Source: Candidatus Velthaea sp. | GTDB lineage: Bacteria > Vulcanimicrobiota > Vulcanimicrobiia > Vulcanimicrobiales > Vulcanimicrobiaceae | NCBI GenBank assembly: GCA_050012475.1 | Contig: JBEKHC010000012.1 | Location: forward strand, 74 to 64,073 | DNA length: 64,000 nucleotides | Direction: 5' to 3' | Shown here: positions 63,565-64,000 of the stretch, piece by piece | How positions within the stretch are numbered: position 1 is the first letter of the stretch | Layout: each line of letters opens with the position of its first letter | The notes under the pieces: model-generated | What the model saw: the letters and a program-made list of their open reading frames with translations, nothing else | The model's database searches: none | What the model was told of the DNA's origin: nothing | Position numbers and translations under genes: made by a program

Positions 63565-64000
63565 ATGCTGATGACGGGCAGCGACTACCGAGATTCACTG
63601 CGCGCCTATCGGCCGCGGGTTTTCGTCAACGGGAGCGCCGTCGAGAGCGTTGCCGACGAACCGTTGCTGGCGCCGGGGACCGCCGCCGTGGGCGTAACGT
63701 ACGATCTCGCGCATCGGCCCGAGCACGCCGACGTCATGACGGCCACCGAGCCGGTATCGGGCAAGACCCTCAACCGCATGCTGCACATCGACACGACGTC
63801 GACCGACCTGCTGCGCAAGCTCGAGGCCGTCCGGCTCGTGTGCCGGGTAGCGGGCTGCGCGCAGCGGTATCTCACGCACGACGGGCTCAACGGGATATTC
63901 TCGGCGACCAAACGCACCGACGATGCGCACGGCACCGACTATCACCAGCGCTTTCGGAACTACCTAAATGACGTTCAAACGCGGGATCTCACGCTGGGTG
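63565..64000 (+). CDS. 4-hydroxybutyryl-CoA dehydratase / HpaB-family protein, 3' end outside the window
   Basis: Not in the ORF track (no stop before the window end). The hand translation is MLMTGSDYRDSLRAYRPRVFVNGSAVESVADEPLLAPGTAAVGVTYDLAHRPEHADVMTATEPVSGKTLNRMLHIDTTSTDLLRKLEAVRLV.... As I recall it, this parallels the AbfD N-terminus (MLMT..QY..SLR....V...G..............P........TYELA......ADLMT...). Confidence 0.7.
   Translation, partial: MLMTGSDYRDSLRAYRPRVFVNGSAVESVADEPLLAPGTAAVGVTYDLAHRPEHADVMTATEPVSGKTLNRMLHIDTTSTDLLRKLEAVRLVCRVAGCAQRYLTHDGLNGIFSATKRTDDAHGTDYHQRFRNYLNDVQTRDLTLG

Noticed and set aside
1-64000. Mobile elements, prophage genes, CRISPR-Cas, rRNA and restriction-modification genes.
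   Set aside because: I saw no integrase, transposase, recombinase, capsid, terminase, Cas or methyltransferase motifs in any frame of the ORF track. Absence is judged by eye only.

Overview
This is a visibly GC-rich bacterial chromosomal segment (GC not computed; many GTG/TTG starts). All calls come from reading motifs in the ORF track and the DNA; no searches were run. I support about 60 protein genes, one tRNA-Gln, one ydaO-type c-di-AMP riboswitch, two decayed genes and several short tandem repeats.

Core blocks:
- ilvD-thrC-thrB.
- cdaA-cdaR-glmM, followed directly by the c-di-AMP riboswitch and an NlpC/P60 hydrolase.
- rsgA, rpsT and priA.
- A split UxaA / LarA-like / epimerase / GlcF-like sugar-acid locus.
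- xylB.
- A GntR-controlled CUT2 sugar ABC locus.

Accessory or unusual content:
1. A solitary TIR-NB-ARC-TPR STAND gene (27.0-29.7 kb).
2. A c-di-GMP/STAND cluster (44.1-51.1 kb). An S53 peptidase, a MalT-like STAND regulator and an HD-GYP protein form an operon convergent with a GAF-GGDEF-P-loop NTPase fusion.
3. An ORF missing from the track as a separate entry, whose stop overlaps the cdaA start.
4. A lower-GC, decayed island (about 36.5-42 kb) holding secreted hydrolases, an orphan J-domain protein, frameshifted Uma2-like and PAS remnants, and three tandem duplications.

I saw no transposase, integrase, CRISPR array or rRNA. Many long ORFs in the track are Arg-rich antisense shadows of real genes. 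Several ORF-track starts lie upstream of the likely true start.
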